DNA from: the human T2T-CHM13v2.0 reference genome, Homo sapiens
DNA: 64,000 bases
NCBI RefSeq assembly: GCF_009914755.1
Contig: NC_060930.1
Reading direction: 5' to 3' (one strand)
The notes below the pieces were generated by a model that saw only the letters and a list, made by a program, of their open reading frames with translations, made no database searches and was not told the origin of the DNA. This document shows, piece after piece, positions 1 to 15,300 of this stretch. Position 1 is the stretch's first letter; each line of letters begins with the position of its first letter. The position numbers and the translations under genes are program-made.

Positions 1-59
1 ATAAAATATTCATTTTAAAATGAAAACTTGAAAGTAACTGACCATTCAAATTTTGAACA

Positions 60-1450
60 AGCTGAAGAAGCTTCAAATAGCAGATAATTACCAATGTTTT
101 AAACGTAGTATGTCCTGGAGGGAATCCAACATCAGGATAAACAAGGCAAAGTCTCTGTTCTACAGAATTCAATGCAGTGCTGGAGACTGAGATGCAACCA
201 CATAATCCTATCATCTCAAACTGAACTTCAAGGAGGGAGTAACTAACTATGCCCTGAAAATGATGGACAATTTCTAAGAGGGCTTGATACTTGGGCTCTG
301 TCTTGAAGGATGCAAGGTCCTTCCTTATGAAGAATCTACCATACATAATAGTGCAGAGGTGAAAAGAAAGCACATTCAGGAAACAGTCTGTGATGGCTTC
401 ACCCAGAATAGAGGGCATTCAATGACCTGGAAGATGTTTTAAGAGGTTATTCAAAAATATTTACTATCAACTCAATGTTTGTCATAGGAAATGATTTTGT
501 ATAGAAATTATTTCCCCAGATTGTGAAGAGCTCTACGCTGCCTACTTTGGAGTTTATTTTATAGGTAATGAGGAGTTATCAGTGGCTTGTAAACAGGAGA
601 CTGGTAGGATCAATTTCTTTTTCTTTATTTAAGGAAGGTAACTGGAGTTGGAGGCGAGGGAGACTGGTGACCAAGAGATTAGTTAATAAGCAACTATAAT
701 GACTGAGGTGAGAGATGATGAAGGGTAAAATGGGGCAGTTAGGCAGGGTGAACGCAGGTGAAGAAATTATCACCATACACAATGGTGTGGCGAAACAAAT
801 AGGTGGAGAGACACAAGAATCTGCAATAACTTTTAAGAATTTATAACTTAAGGAACTGTTTGGGCATATTAACCAATAACAATGGAGCAACTAGAGATGA
901 TCAGTGGGCAGTTTTGAATACTAGGAGAGATGTCAAGAGTCATCAAAGGACAGGTTGTAGTTGAGGCCAGGTCAAGAGTCTAAGATGCCACTGTATAGGA
1001 TATAGCAGTAAAAGAAAGAACAGGAAAACAAGAGACCTAAGCAGAGGAAAGGGAGACATCAAACCACTCGGTATCACTCGAGTGATAGAGCCAATGAACA
1101 TGGGCTACAGGGAGTAGGACACAATGTCATGAGGTCGACAGAAGAAAATACATAAGGACTATAACAGTCTTTAGAGGTAGCAATAAGGAAGTCATTGGAG
1201 GAAAATTTGAGAGTTTGTGGGGTTAGAAGCCAGACTGTCATGAAATCAGGAATGGGAAATAAGGCAGAGAAAAAAGGTCGTTTCTGAAAGTTTTGATGAT
1301 GAAGACGCAGAGGAAACAAGGACAGTTGGTTGAGGGTAAGGTAGAGTTGAAAATTAAGGTAAAGGGAACTTAAACATAACTGTATGACCTAAAGATGGAT
1401 CCAGTTAAGAAATCAATGATAGAAGCTATAATTGTGAGGCAAAGTAAGAC
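60..1450 (-). mobile_element. Highly diverged L2 LINE fragments
   Basis: Purine-rich degenerate segments resembling antisense L2 (e.g. ggagtttattttataggtaatgaggagttatc, gagactggtgaccaagagattagttaataagc); boundaries approximate. Confidence 0.5.
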
Positions 1451-4400
1451 AGAAATAACCTCGGAGATGAAGAAAGGAGGCCACCCTTTTTTGAGCATTC
1501 AATGTGTACCAGATGTTTTGCTGTACACTTTCAGATGCATTTCCTAAATTAGCTAAATATTACCAATAAGTAGGTATCAGTATCCCTAATCCATAGTCAG
1601 GAAATGATGGAGTAGAAAGGTTTATTAAAATTGGAATATCTCAGAAGTGAAGATCTCTATGTGAAATAGGAGACAAATCATATGTTCCAACAGCATTAGG
1701 AATCAAGTAGTGAAAATGGCAGAGCTCCCATATTGAATGAGAAAGTGATTCTTGGCAGATAAGACAAGAAAAAAAATATTCAGAGTGCATGGTAATTATT
1801 GAATAATAACAAAAAGTTAACCTGGAATGATTGCATTATTTTCAAGCACTAGCTCAACCATAAGTGTATTCTTATATATAAGGTCTAATGAATGCTTTAA
1901 TGAACAATAGCTTTTCATTTTGCCAAAGATACAGGAATATGGTTCAAAGTAATGTTACCTACATTAATCCTCACTAGAGTTTAACCTTAACCCAGTGAAG
2001 GTTAATAAGGTTCCCTATTTCTATAAGGAAACTGTACTAAAATAATGTCTCGTACTATTTTACAATTATTTTATTATGTGAAAACTCCATGCTGGGAATC
2101 ACTACCAAAGACTAATTTAAAACTAATTATTTCAGCATTAATCTGGATAATGATCCATAATGAATGAAAAATGAATAATCTGACATTTCAGGGGTTCCCT
2201 ACTGCCCCAATTCATATACAAGAAAATGCTTTTGCTATGCCTTTCATACATAGATTAAACCACAATCTAAAATATCCCAAAGTGTTGAGATACTTACAAA
2301 TTATATTTTAGTTATTTATAGACTAGAATGCATAAATCTAAGTTTCAATGCTGAGTTAATTAAGGAAAGTCCAATTTTATAACATTATTTTTGCATGTGG
2401 AAAAATAACTAATACATAATGCTTGACCATATGGTCTGTTAGTCCTTTTGCTAATTACCTACAAATCACTACACAGGTTTTACAGCTGCTATATATTATT
2501 AACTGTAGCATGTTTTCCCCAAAGATTTTATTCCTCTCTTCATACATTTTTGTTTTAACTATGTACAAAACAAGTTCGTATTTTTAAAAGAGTCAATTGC
2601 AGAAGACTGAATACACAACATATATATATTTAAAGGAATGATGCTTTACATTTAAATTAATGTTAATTAATTGATAAAAGTTTCAGCAGACCAAAATATT
2701 GAATAATTTTCTTTTAGTCAACATTTTAAAATTCTTCATTAAAGTCTGGTAGCCTACGACACGCAATGCTGCAGTCAGGCATTAAAATGTTGTAATAACA
2801 GTTTCTGATATAGAAAGCAATTAGCTGTTTAAAAAAATGATGTATTTCATATAAGCCATATCTAATTTGGGACATGTGCTTTAAACAATGTTAGAATTAA
2901 ATCTGAATTTTGTCACAGAATCTAGAATAATTATTATGTTTTAAAAGTATAATGACTGAATAGCATGTCAGAGAAAATGGCAGAAAATTAAAATTGAAAT
3001 TGAAGTATATAATTCCCAATAAAATGCTTGCTTCTATCCTCCTCAGAATACTTTCATTACATTCTACTTCTTTATCCAATTGGATAAACTACCTAGCTGC
3101 AGTGTAAAATCCTACTGGGCCAGGATTATGACTGATTCATCACATGCGTCAACTGTGCACGATGGTCTGCACAAGTAGGCGCTAAAGGTGTTTGCTGAAA
3201 TAAAAGATCCATACTTTTCGAATCAAACAAGTTCTTACTCTTACGGTGCACACATTGATTTACCACCTTAGTCATATAGTAATAGTGTATAAAAGCCAAA
3301 AAGATTACTGAGTATATAAAATAATTGGTATCTGAAAGGCCCTTTTAACTACCAACTATAAATTCTTCCCTAAGCTTTATACTGTCCTGCCAAGCTAACA
3401 GGTTTTCTTCGTACTAATGCTGCACAGATCTTCAGAAAAGCTGCTATCAATTACTTTGATTTCCCAGGCTGCCCAAACTGCTAATGGAATTTAGTAATTA
3501 GAGTTCTTTTGAAACAATCCCAAATCTGAGCATTCTGCCTGATTACAAGCAGCCATCGACATTAACATCAATCGTTGACAATGTAATATACATTGGATGT
3601 GCCAGAGGTAATCATTATCTAAAATCCTGTTTCTAGAACATGACTTCTATCTAGTGAAGAACATGTAATGGGGATTTAAGATTCTTCTACCTCCAATAAC
3701 TGATTCTATCATGAATCTTGTATACAGCATTCACAATCAGAAGCAAAGATATCTTTATCTGTAATATTTCCAGTCAATTTCATAGAAAAGAGCCTTGAAT
3801 TCTGTCACCATTTTAAGAGGCCATTTTGTCCACATCTTCCCTTTCACCAAAAATGTAATCAGATATCAATACATTGTAAGCATGATACTGTCTTACACTT
3901 GTATTTGGAAGCAGGTTCCCAAGTTGATGATCAGCATTCAGAATAATAAACTTTGCAACCAGAATTGCTAACTTGTAAAGCCAAAAATCAACAGGAAGCA
4001 AAATGAGTCTGAAAAGCACAAAAAGTAAAAAATTTTATAGAACCATTTGCCCACAGATCAAAAGGAATTTTGATCAAATTGACTAGTATAACTCAGGAAA
4101 TTACAGTTATTAGTCCTTAAGCATTTCCGGTAGAATTCTCATCTTTTCCAAAGCTTCACTCAAATACAACAGGTCATAAGACCTCACAATCTTCTCGGAA
4201 CACTAATGGAGCTGCCACAGTATTTGAAGGACATGGTCATCTACTGTGTACAATGTTTCTGGAGGAAAATAAAACTTTTAGAGCAGAGTCATCTGTATTA
4301 GGTATCAATGAGATGTCAGGCCACCTCAGGAATGACTGTTCCACTACAGTCCATGTGCACTCAAATATATTAAATAGTCTATAAATTCAATGTCAAAATT

Positions 4401-4545
4401 AAATTGCAACTGTCAATAAACACAAATAGAGGACTGGTTTATTACTTCTGTTATATTAACCAGCTTTTCCAACTAAAAACTGCAATACTAACTCTGCGTT
4501 CTGCCTGGAATTCCTTATAAGAAGGGTGCTTTAAGAATTGATTTT

Positions 4546-5011
4546 TAGTGATGCTGAGCATTTTTTCATAGGTTTGTTGGTAGCTTGCATGTATTCTTTT
4601 GTGAAGTGCCTGTTCATGTCCTTTGCCCATTTTTAAATTTTTTTTATTGTGTTTTGCTTCTTGATTTGTTAGATTCCCTATAAATTCTGGATATTAGGCC
4701 TTTGTCGAATGCATAGTTTGTAAATATCCTCTGCCATTCTGTAGGTTGTCTCTTTAGTCTGTTGATAATTTCTTTTGCTGTGCAAGCTCAGTAGTTTAAT
4801 TCAGTCCCACTTGTTTATTTTTGTTCTTGTTGCAATTGCTTTTGGGGACTTAGCCAAAAAATTTTTCCCAGAGCCAATGTTGACTAGAGTATTTCCTAAG
4901 TTGTCTTTCAGAATTATGATAGTTTGAGGTTTTACATTTAATCTTTGGTCCATTTTTAGTTTTTTTATATAGGGTGAAAGGCATCCAGGTTCAGTCTTCT
5001 GCATACAGCCA
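4546..5011 (-). mobile_element. L1 (L1PA13-16-like) ORF2 segment, inverted 5' part of a twin-primed insertion
   Basis: Antisense L1 ORF2 sequence; ORF 4801-5004 gives an ORF2p-like peptide (..LNVKPQTIIILKDNLGNTL..KAIATRTKINKWD). Confidence 0.9.
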
Positions 5012-5792
5012 GTTAATCAACAGATAAATGCAAATCAAAACCACAATAAGATACCATCTTATACCAGTCAGAATGGCTATTATTAAAAAGTAAAAAAAAA
5101 AAAAAAAGATGTGGCAAGGCTGCAAACAAAAGGAAACGCTTATACACTTACACACTGTTGGTGGGAATGTAAATTAGTCCAGCCACTGTGGAAAGCAGTC
5201 TGGAGATTTCTCAAAGAACTTAAAACAGAGCTATCATTTAACCCAACAATCCCATTACTGGGTATATACTCACAGGAAAACAAATCATTCTACCAAAAAG
5301 ACACATGCACTCACCTGTTCATCGCTACACTATTCACAATAGCAAAGACATGGAATAAACTCAGGTGTCCATCAATAGTAGACTGGATAAAGAAAATGTG
5401 GTACATATACACCATGGAATACTACATAGCCATAAGAAAGAATGAAATCATGTCCTTTGCAGCAACATGGATGAAGCTAGAGGCCATAATCCTAAATGAA
5501 TTAATACAGGAACAAAAAAAAGAAATACTGCACGTTTCACTTATAAGTGGGAACTAAACATTGAACACACCTGGACATAACAATGGACACTGGGGACTAT
5601 GAGAAGGAGGAGGGAGGGAGGCATGGGTTGAAAAACTACCTATCGGCTACTATGCTCACTACCTGGGTGATAGGATCCATACCCTGAACTATAGCATAAC
5701 ACAATATTCCCATGTAACAAACCTACACATGTACTCCTGTATCTAAGATAAAAGCTAAAATTAAAAATATAAATTAAAAAAATAAATAAAAA
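5012..5792 (+). mobile_element. L1 (L1PA13-16-like) ORF2 C-terminus, 3' UTR and A-rich tail
   Basis: ORF 5111-5557 matches the ORF2p C-terminus (HCWWECKLVQPLWKAVWRFLKEL...SLISGN); L1PA-type 3' UTR; A-rich tail to ~5792. Confidence 0.93.
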
Positions 5793-6258
5793 GAACTCAC
5801 TTTTGTGTAACTGTAATAAGAAACAGAAGTAGGTAGAAAAGACAAAAATAAAACTTGAAATGATACAGAAAAATATGCCCAAGACAAAAATCCAGTTTGT
5901 TATAATAATATAGCAAATGTCCTTAGATACAAATGTAATTGGTAATTCTAATATAATACAAAATAATCAGGCTAACTTCTCCATTACAAGTATATTTTAT
6001 AATCATTTTCCTGCTGGCAAACATAAGCAAAGCTGAAATTCAAAGGATTTGTTCAGTACAATCCCTTGTGAAAATATTTTTTCATTTAAAATATTAAATA
6101 GTGTTAAGTTTCAATACTTGTCATATTTAATTTATACTTTATGCATGTATTAATTTTGAATGTATCTTTAGTACATATCTTTTAGGATTCATTGCTATTC
6201 CTTACAACCTAGATGAGCTATAAAATCACCAGGCTAAACCTTTAAAAAAAAAAATGTA

Positions 6259-6576
<318 letters not shown>

Positions 6577-7331
6577 CATTTAGTCACTGGGAAGGGAGGA
6601 CTTATAACTCCTAAAACTCCAGTTTCTAGAGAAATTCAATTATGTATAAAACCGGATTTCCAGAACTTCACACATTTGGCTGATTTTCTAGTTGAGAAAT
6701 CATGTGAATTCACACAAACCTGGAGGTTGCAGATTGCCTGAGTTTTGTCCCACTTGCTGAATGCAGAGGCCCAGTGCACCCCATGACTGGTGTCCCCAGA
6801 ACAGTCTCTTTCCGTGGGACCCTGAATGTGCCTGGGATGACAGAATAACATGAGGTGGGGGAGGAAGGGAGGAGAGTTTGTGATGTGAGGGATGGCAGGA
6901 TGAAGCGAGGGAGGGAGGAACGTGTGTAGCTAGATGAGCTAAACAAGAGACTAACGACTGGAAAACTATTTTTCAACATTGCCCTAGACATTCTAGGTGT
7001 GAGGGAATTTAAATAATGTTTAAACATTAATCACTTCTAAATAATTAGAAGTGGAAAACAGTAAAGGAGAAATGAGACAGTTACAGAGACTGCTAAGTAC
7101 ATGAAAAATATACCACACGGTCTTGTGTCAACAAAACTAACCAGCATTTTACAAAAGGGCTCCAGTGGGGATGCCATTTCTTTAAAATAGTGACTCCCCT
7201 GAAACAAAAAAGCCAAAGTTCCCAGAACAGCCTGTGCATTCACCTCTCCATACCTGGGCTTTGGCTGTTCTCCAGGGTTGGAATGCATCTGCAGGTGTGG
7301 ACATCTACCCTCACAGGCCTCCCTGTCTAAC

Positions 7332-7395
7332 CCAGGGGCCAGCAAACATTGTCTGCAAAGGGCCAGGTGGTAAATGTTTTTGGCTCTGTGGCTTC
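7332..7395. mobile_element. MER58-like hAT-Charlie DNA transposon end fragment
   Basis: caggggccagcaaacattgtctgcaaagggccaggtggtaaatgtttttggc resembles the MER58 terminus. Confidence 0.65.
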
Positions 7396-7460
7396 CTGAT
7401 GCTGCTGGTTTCTCCCTCCTCCTCCTCTTCCTTCCCCACCCTTAAAAAATGGAAAACCCA

Positions 7461-7500
7461 GGCCAGGCATGGTAGCTCACACCTGTAATCCCAGTGCTTT
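7461..7500 (+). mobile_element. Isolated 40-nt Alu 5' end fragment
   Basis: ggccaggcatggtagctcacacctgtaatcccagtgcttt, followed by abrupt loss of Alu similarity. Confidence 0.85.
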
Positions 7501-7559
7501 CTCCAAGGCACACCCTGAGGACTCAAACCACAGCTGCTAGGAAGCTCCCTGTTCTGCTG

Positions 7560-7734
7560 TTTCTACCATAGCTGTGATCACTTCCCACAGTAAGGATACA
7601 GTCCCATACACTCTCCTGCCTCTCTCCTCCAGCATGAATGCACACTTCTTCAGGCAGAGCTTTGATGTCTTATTTAGCTTGTATCACCAGCCACTAGTGC
7701 AATGGCTGACACGAGAAGAGTGATGGACATTTGC
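7560..7734 (+). mobile_element. L2 3' end fragment
   Basis: Similarity to the L2 3' terminus (gtcttatttagcttgtatcaccagccactagtgcaatggctgacac). Confidence 0.6.
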
Positions 7735-8006
<272 letters not shown>

Positions 8007-9000
8007 GACATATCTTTATTTAATTAAACATTCTTAGACTCCAGTTTTCTCACCTGTAATATTAAACATTTATGTTCCTTTTAATCTCTAAAATTCCCTA
8101 ATTTCACTTTTGAGAAGTTCAAATACTGTATCTTACCTCAAGTATTTAAATAATGAGTTTAATTCTTAATTCTGCCTATACCAAAGAACAAAGTATCTTT
8201 TTACTTGACTTGATTTCTTCCTTTCATGCAGGACAGTCCTGGGTGCTCACAAGAGTCAAGTTTCACACACAACAGCTCACGGGGTAACAGCCTTTTATAT
8301 ATTTTTCACATGTGGAAAATGAACATAGACATGGGTCTTGAGAAGGGTAATCAACTGCATTCTGAGCTAGGCATTCAATTTCCAAAATAATAAATTTCCT
8401 CTATCTTTAGTCTCTGTTCCCTTCCCCTCTTTCTCATTCTGGGTATTTTACCAGAAAATTAGAAGTCTTTAAAATCAAATCAGTGCAATGAAATGTTTGG
8501 CTTTTAGGGTGAAATCACCAATGTGATTATATGGCAGGATCCCACATACTCAAAAGGTTCAAATTTGACTTTGCTTGATTTTATATGAGACTGTTAGTGT
8601 TTCTGATGCCATTTTTACCCTGAAATTCAAATATTCTCCAAGAGTAGACCTTATGTCGTAGCTTTGTTAACATTATTTCATCTTGTTATTAAGTTTTCTT
8701 ATTTTATTATAATAATATTATTAATTTTCATTACTCTAAGAAATTATTTCTTAATTTGGTTGACATTTAGGTCTTTCAACTGTCATTATGATTTAAGAGT
8801 TTGTTGATTCTCAGTGGTAATCATATAAAAAACAGTTCCAAGGAAAACAATTTGGTGATGATTAACAGCCTCTGATGATTCCACCAATAATTGTACACAG
8901 GCAGATCTGTCACTTGACACAAGTGAGTGCCTCAGTCACATGATTCGCTTCCGGTTTGGGGGCTTGGTAGCCTGGTCTATTTTGTGTGCACTGCTCTCAA

Positions 9001-9096
9001 CCATAATGGCACGAGGCATGTTTGGAGAAAAAGCCTCCCAAATGAAAACCATTATGGCATGAGGCACGTTTGGAGAAAAAGGCTTCCAAATGAAAA
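9001..9096. repeat. 48-bp tandem duplication (2 copies, 43/48 identical)
   Basis: ccataatggcacgaggcatgtttggagaaaaagcctcccaaatgaaaa / ccattatggcatgaggcacgtttggagaaaaaggcttccaaatgaaaa. Confidence 0.95.
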
Positions 9097-9712
9097 TAAC
9101 TACTTACAAATCATCCTTGGGTTAAGGAATTCTGTAAAAATTAAAATGGTTCTGTTCTCCTGAGTGCTGTGACTGAAAAGTAGTGGAAATTATAAAAATT
9201 AAATATTCTGAAGGCACTTGCCAAATATCAGCAACAGCTATATATTACTTACATAGTAATATAATTTGCCCACAAAAAAGTTAATGTTAAATTGCTCTAA
9301 TTTTCATATACTCTTAATCTTATTATTGGACAATACATTTGTTTTTTCTCTTGCAACAAGTCAGTAGAAAAAAAAAAAATCTTAGTGACATAAATTTTTG
9401 CTTTAAGCCCAACATGAAATAAATAGCACCAAATGTTTGGCTAAAAATAGCTTTGAAATTTTTGAGCCATCTCCACCTCCTGTGGAGCAATGTGGGGGAG
9501 AAATAAACCAACCAATAAATAAGATCTAGTTATGTTTCTAACCTTCCCATTTTACAAATGAAGAAACTTGGCACAAAGAGGGTAAAGAGATGACTGAAGG
9601 TAACATGCCTTGTTAAGGGCATCTTAATGGAATATATTAGATGAACTCAGGCAAATCTATGTTCCTGCTCAAGATCACTAGAGAAGTTTTGTTTCTGTTC
9701 TCCAAGTTTTCA

Positions 9713-10082
<370 letters not shown>

Positions 10083-10087
10083 GATGT

Positions 10088-10450
<363 letters not shown>

Positions 10451-11833
10451 TCAGGAGGTCAAACTTGCAAATACACACACTGGTGCATACACACAACTCC
10501 AGCTGATGAGGAGCACAACCAAATATTGCTTACCATTCTAAAATTCTAAACAGTAGGGAGAGATCAAAGTCTTACATGAGAAACCCCTGAGCACAGCTGA
10601 CAGGAGCTGGACATACAGGTCTTCAGCCAGTACGGAAGCAGGGCTCGACTTTGACCTTCACTTTGAGTCCCATGGACATTCCTTCTATCCACACAGAATT
10701 TCTAGCTTGAAATCAGGAAGAAGTAAAAACTTTGACCTCATATTTGACTTCTGTATTCTCTTTTCCCTATTAACTCTGACTATCATAAAATACAATTAAA
10801 TTAAAATTATATCTTAATTAAAACAATAATTTTACCAAATCCTTGTAAATTTGGATCATTAGATGAATGAGAAACTTGCTTTTTACCATTTAGTTTCAGA
10901 ACTTCTTTAAAAGTCACTATTTCAAATTACTTATTCCTAAATTTACTTTGTTGATACTGATTTTCATGCATTCATTTCCAATTATGGTTGAATAACAGGA
11001 AATACAAAAATTTTTCTGCATAAAACTATGGCCCTAAAGCATTGAACGCCAATGAATGATTGAAGCTCCTTGAAGAAAGCATCTCTAAAAGCCCTCAACT
11101 GTCAATCCTACAATATAACGAAGGCAGATGACATTCTCAGATTCCTTTAGTTTCTTTCATAGTTTCATTTTTTAAAAAAATAAAAGAAATGCTGAAATGT
11201 GAAGTTCCTTTTCAGCATGCAATTTGTTCTAATGATAATGTAATTCCTCTATGTAAGGAGTTCCATATTATTTCTTTTTCTCCACACTGAACTGTAAGAC
11301 AATAATATTATCCCTATGTTTATTACTACCCCTTCAACTTTATGAAGCACAAAATGCCTCCTTTCCTGTTTTCTTGATGTACAGAATTTTGCTTCAGTAA
11401 GCCTAAGAGTTTTTTTCCCTAGCCTGTATACGCTTGTTCTGTGCCAACTCATTGTAAAGGAGCCGGTTTGAAAGCTTATCACCATTAATTCTGTGACTTT
11501 CCGACTCTGTCTCCCTGGTAACAGAAGCCTACAATTACGAGACAAGAACACAAAGGATTTGCCAAATTATCTAAATTCTAATACTCTAACATTTTATACC
11601 CTTCCGCCTCCCATCCATGCATCTATTGTTTTTCCCAAGTCTAAAGCAATGGTCTTCATGTTAGCTTCTCTATCTTCAGTTTCCCTCTGGCCAAGTCATC
11701 TAAAACACGCATTCCAGTTGAATCTTTTGGAAACCTTAGGACTGTCATTCTTCCATAAAAAACTTTCACTGCGCCCCAAAACTCTCAGAACAAAGTACAA
11801 GTACTTCCGTTTGGTATTCTAGGATCTCTATGA

Positions 11834-12096
<263 letters not shown>

Positions 12097-12359
12097 ACCC
12101 ACCTTTCATACATATCTCTATGCTTCTGTGACTTTGGCCACTATACGAGCTAGGTCAAGTTTGCCAGTCTTCCTGTGTCTTGCTACTTCACATTGCTATA
12201 AACATTCTTAAGTAAACAAAGCTCTGTTTTGAATTAAACATTTCCAAAGCAAAGTATTTCACTAGCTTCCTGATTCACCGCATGCTTATCCCTAACAAGT
12301 ATGCTTATTCCTTAGGATTCTCCACAGTCAATGGCGCCATTTCCCCAGTTGCTCAGGCC

Positions 12360-15300
12360 TGTTAAAGTACGAGTTTCAACAAAGCAAAATCATGATTCCT
12401 ATGTAATAAAAATCATGTCTCTTATGTAAATAAAAAATGAATGTGTGTCAAAGATCTTATACACTTAGTAATTAATGAGGAAGCCAGTAAGATGTTAAAA
12501 CCAGTTGAAATTAAAATTTGAAGAGGTAGGTGTTTAAAGGCAATTTTACAAAGTAATTTTATGGTAAGATCACCTGGTTAGATATATTAATAAAATGGGT
12601 TAATGTCCAACAGGGAAATAAACTATAATTTTTAAATCATCTTTTCCACCAGATAGAAATTATCTGTATCTCTACTAGACAAAAATCTGTACATTCACCC
12701 CTTCTCCTACAAGGTTTTACAACACCCAAAGCAACAGAAAATCAAAGGTAAAAGCCTACACTGAACGGAAAAACACTCAGTAGTTGCTGCCATTTTTGTT
12801 TCAGAAAACTTTTCTGATATTCTACCCCTTATGATTATAAATAATCCTCAAAGATTATCTTTAAAGAAAAAGTCTAGCCTCATTAGGTTTGGTCTAATTA
12901 TTCACATGGATGCAAGGCAACAAGAGTCCTAATCAAACACACAGGCCTCGAGTTTGATCTGAAAATCTAGAGCCTTATAGTATTGAGCAACTATGAAAGA
13001 TTAAGAATTTTCTGGGTAGATTTTTCATCAGAGGTCTCAGATTTGATTTTTATTATAGTCCTCATATTTTTTTATGCTGAGTGTAGGAGACTCAGCCCAA
13101 GACGTTTTCTCCAGCAGATTTTATATATACCCATAAATCTGGGTGAATTCTTCTCTTCTTGATGACTTCCAAATTCTCTAAGGCCTCTGATCTGGTAAGA
13201 AATCATACCTTCTGTGAAGCTGATGCTCTGTAAGCCAAGTACCAAGTGCCAAGCCAGGGTTCTTGGGAGACTCTGTAGGCACTGAATCCATACATAACTA
13301 GTCTTGAGAACAGGCTTCCAACTAAGAACTTGCTCTTTAATAGGGGGCTTTTCACAGCTGATTAAATGAGAATCATTCTCAAATGCGATATTGCTTGCAC
13401 AATTGATGTTTCCAATTATGCTCTGATAAAAAGAGAGCAAGATTCTTATTGAATCTTACCCAAATAACTATATTGCCAAGTCAAGTCACAAATCTTAGTA
13501 ACATAGCTGTTTCTGAATTCTAAGGGATGAGTGAGAATGAGATACCACTAAAAATGTTTCACTGCAGTTTACCAAAGCATAGTCTATTAAACTGAGGCTT
13601 AGAGACAGCTTGGGAAAAAGGAGAAAGGGTTTCCTCATACAACCATAAATAAGAGAGCATTCCAACAACAGCAACATATCTAAACAAATAACCACAATTA
13701 AATTAGTCTCATCAGTTCATTTAGTCCTTAGTAATTAAGTTTTATTCTGCTGGATACTGCTTTCATAAAGTATGTCTGCTGCTGGACTGAAAGAAGTCCT
13801 GGAAATCCTTAGTCACTGATATAGTCTGCAAGTTGTCTAAGCAATACCTGTTTGTAAGGCTGTGCTTGACAATTCCCTGAAGGGGCAATGGTTCATAATG
13901 CTGGTACAGGCCTTTCCACAGGTTCTGAACTCCCCTTTGCTAAAGGTATAAACTCTAGCCTGAAGCTTATAGCAAAGTCACCAGGCAAACATCAGAAGGG
14001 AAAAGAGCTCTTGCTTGATGGTAAGACTCATGGCGAAGGTCATATTCCAGGAACAGTATTATCACAGCAGGCAAGAGTAAATTTCTTTTTTGGGATAGAG
14101 GACATAACTATTTCATAAGGGTTTCCCCTGAGAGAGAAGACATATGATGGATAGCAGAGGCACTGACAATTTCCAGGGTCTTCTCAAAATGTGTACACTC
14201 TATAAAATATTTAAAAAAATGAATAACATTTTACTTATACAAATTTAACCTAGTGAAGGTTAAGCATCTTTCCTGATTTGACAACTATCTCCATACAGTT
14301 CTCACAATAGTTTGAGGTAATTAAGACATATGGAACCCATGAAACAAACCCAATTATTTCTAGTATTCTTTTACTTATAAAGTGAAAGAATAATCTTTAT
14401 GAGGCCCCCTCAAACACAAAGATAGCATTAGATGTAAAAGACATTTTACACTGAAATTTTTTTTTTCTAAATTTGCAATCAAATTGTAGAAGGCAAAAAT
14501 CAAAGTGTTGTCAGAGGAAATTTGCTCACTGAATTAGGATGGAACCATGGGGGCATGAGAAACAGTATCTGGTTACCTATTTAATCAACGTGGCAAACAG
14601 AAGAAGGCACACAAGTACCAGGAAACTTCAGTTCTTTACTAGTGAGGAACTTTGACTCACTGAACTTCGTGTTTGTTTACATTTATTTATCTTGTTTTGT
14701 TTTTGTAAATAATCAAGGACATGATAAGGTCCACACAAAGTTGAGATGCAGAATCCTTGCTACTTAGGCAGATTACTCTGCAGGTAAAGAATGATCTTTT
14801 GTCACTCCATCCGCCCTCTGTTAACTCTAAGGCCAATTTATCATTTTAACATAGAGAAGTCATTTTCTAGTTTTTTTTTAATGTGAAGTTTGGCAGTAAA
14901 GTTTTCATGAGCTCCTTTTATTTTTTTATATCTTGTGAATAATTCTATCAAAACTGAACAGAATTTACCAAAAAATTAACACGTTTCATTATTTCTTTAC
15001 AGATTCAGATATTATAAAAACAAGGCAAATACAATTTGTTTCCTCAAACACTCTATAGCTAGCTCTCCACACTCATTATTCTCTTCATATGCTGGAATAC
15101 ACTAATACTTTTCTTTGGGACTAGTCTTGTTTTTTATTTGTTTTTGTTTTCTTACACAAATGCACTTACACAGTTGTGTTCCTTGTCATAATTCCTCCTT
15201 GTGATAACAGTAGTCCTAATTTTTAGCAGATATTACAACTTCTATTTCATAGACAAAGCTGGGTGGGAGATAACTGAGAACTGTCATAGACAGCATTTTA

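Noticed and set aside
5111-5557. 148-aa ORF
   Set aside because: It is the L1 ORF2p C-terminal remnant in a truncated element, not a host CDS
8232-8283. Plus-strand exon-like unit (ttcatgcag|GACAGT...CGGG|gtaaca)
   Set aside because: Weak donor and opposite to the inferred transcription direction
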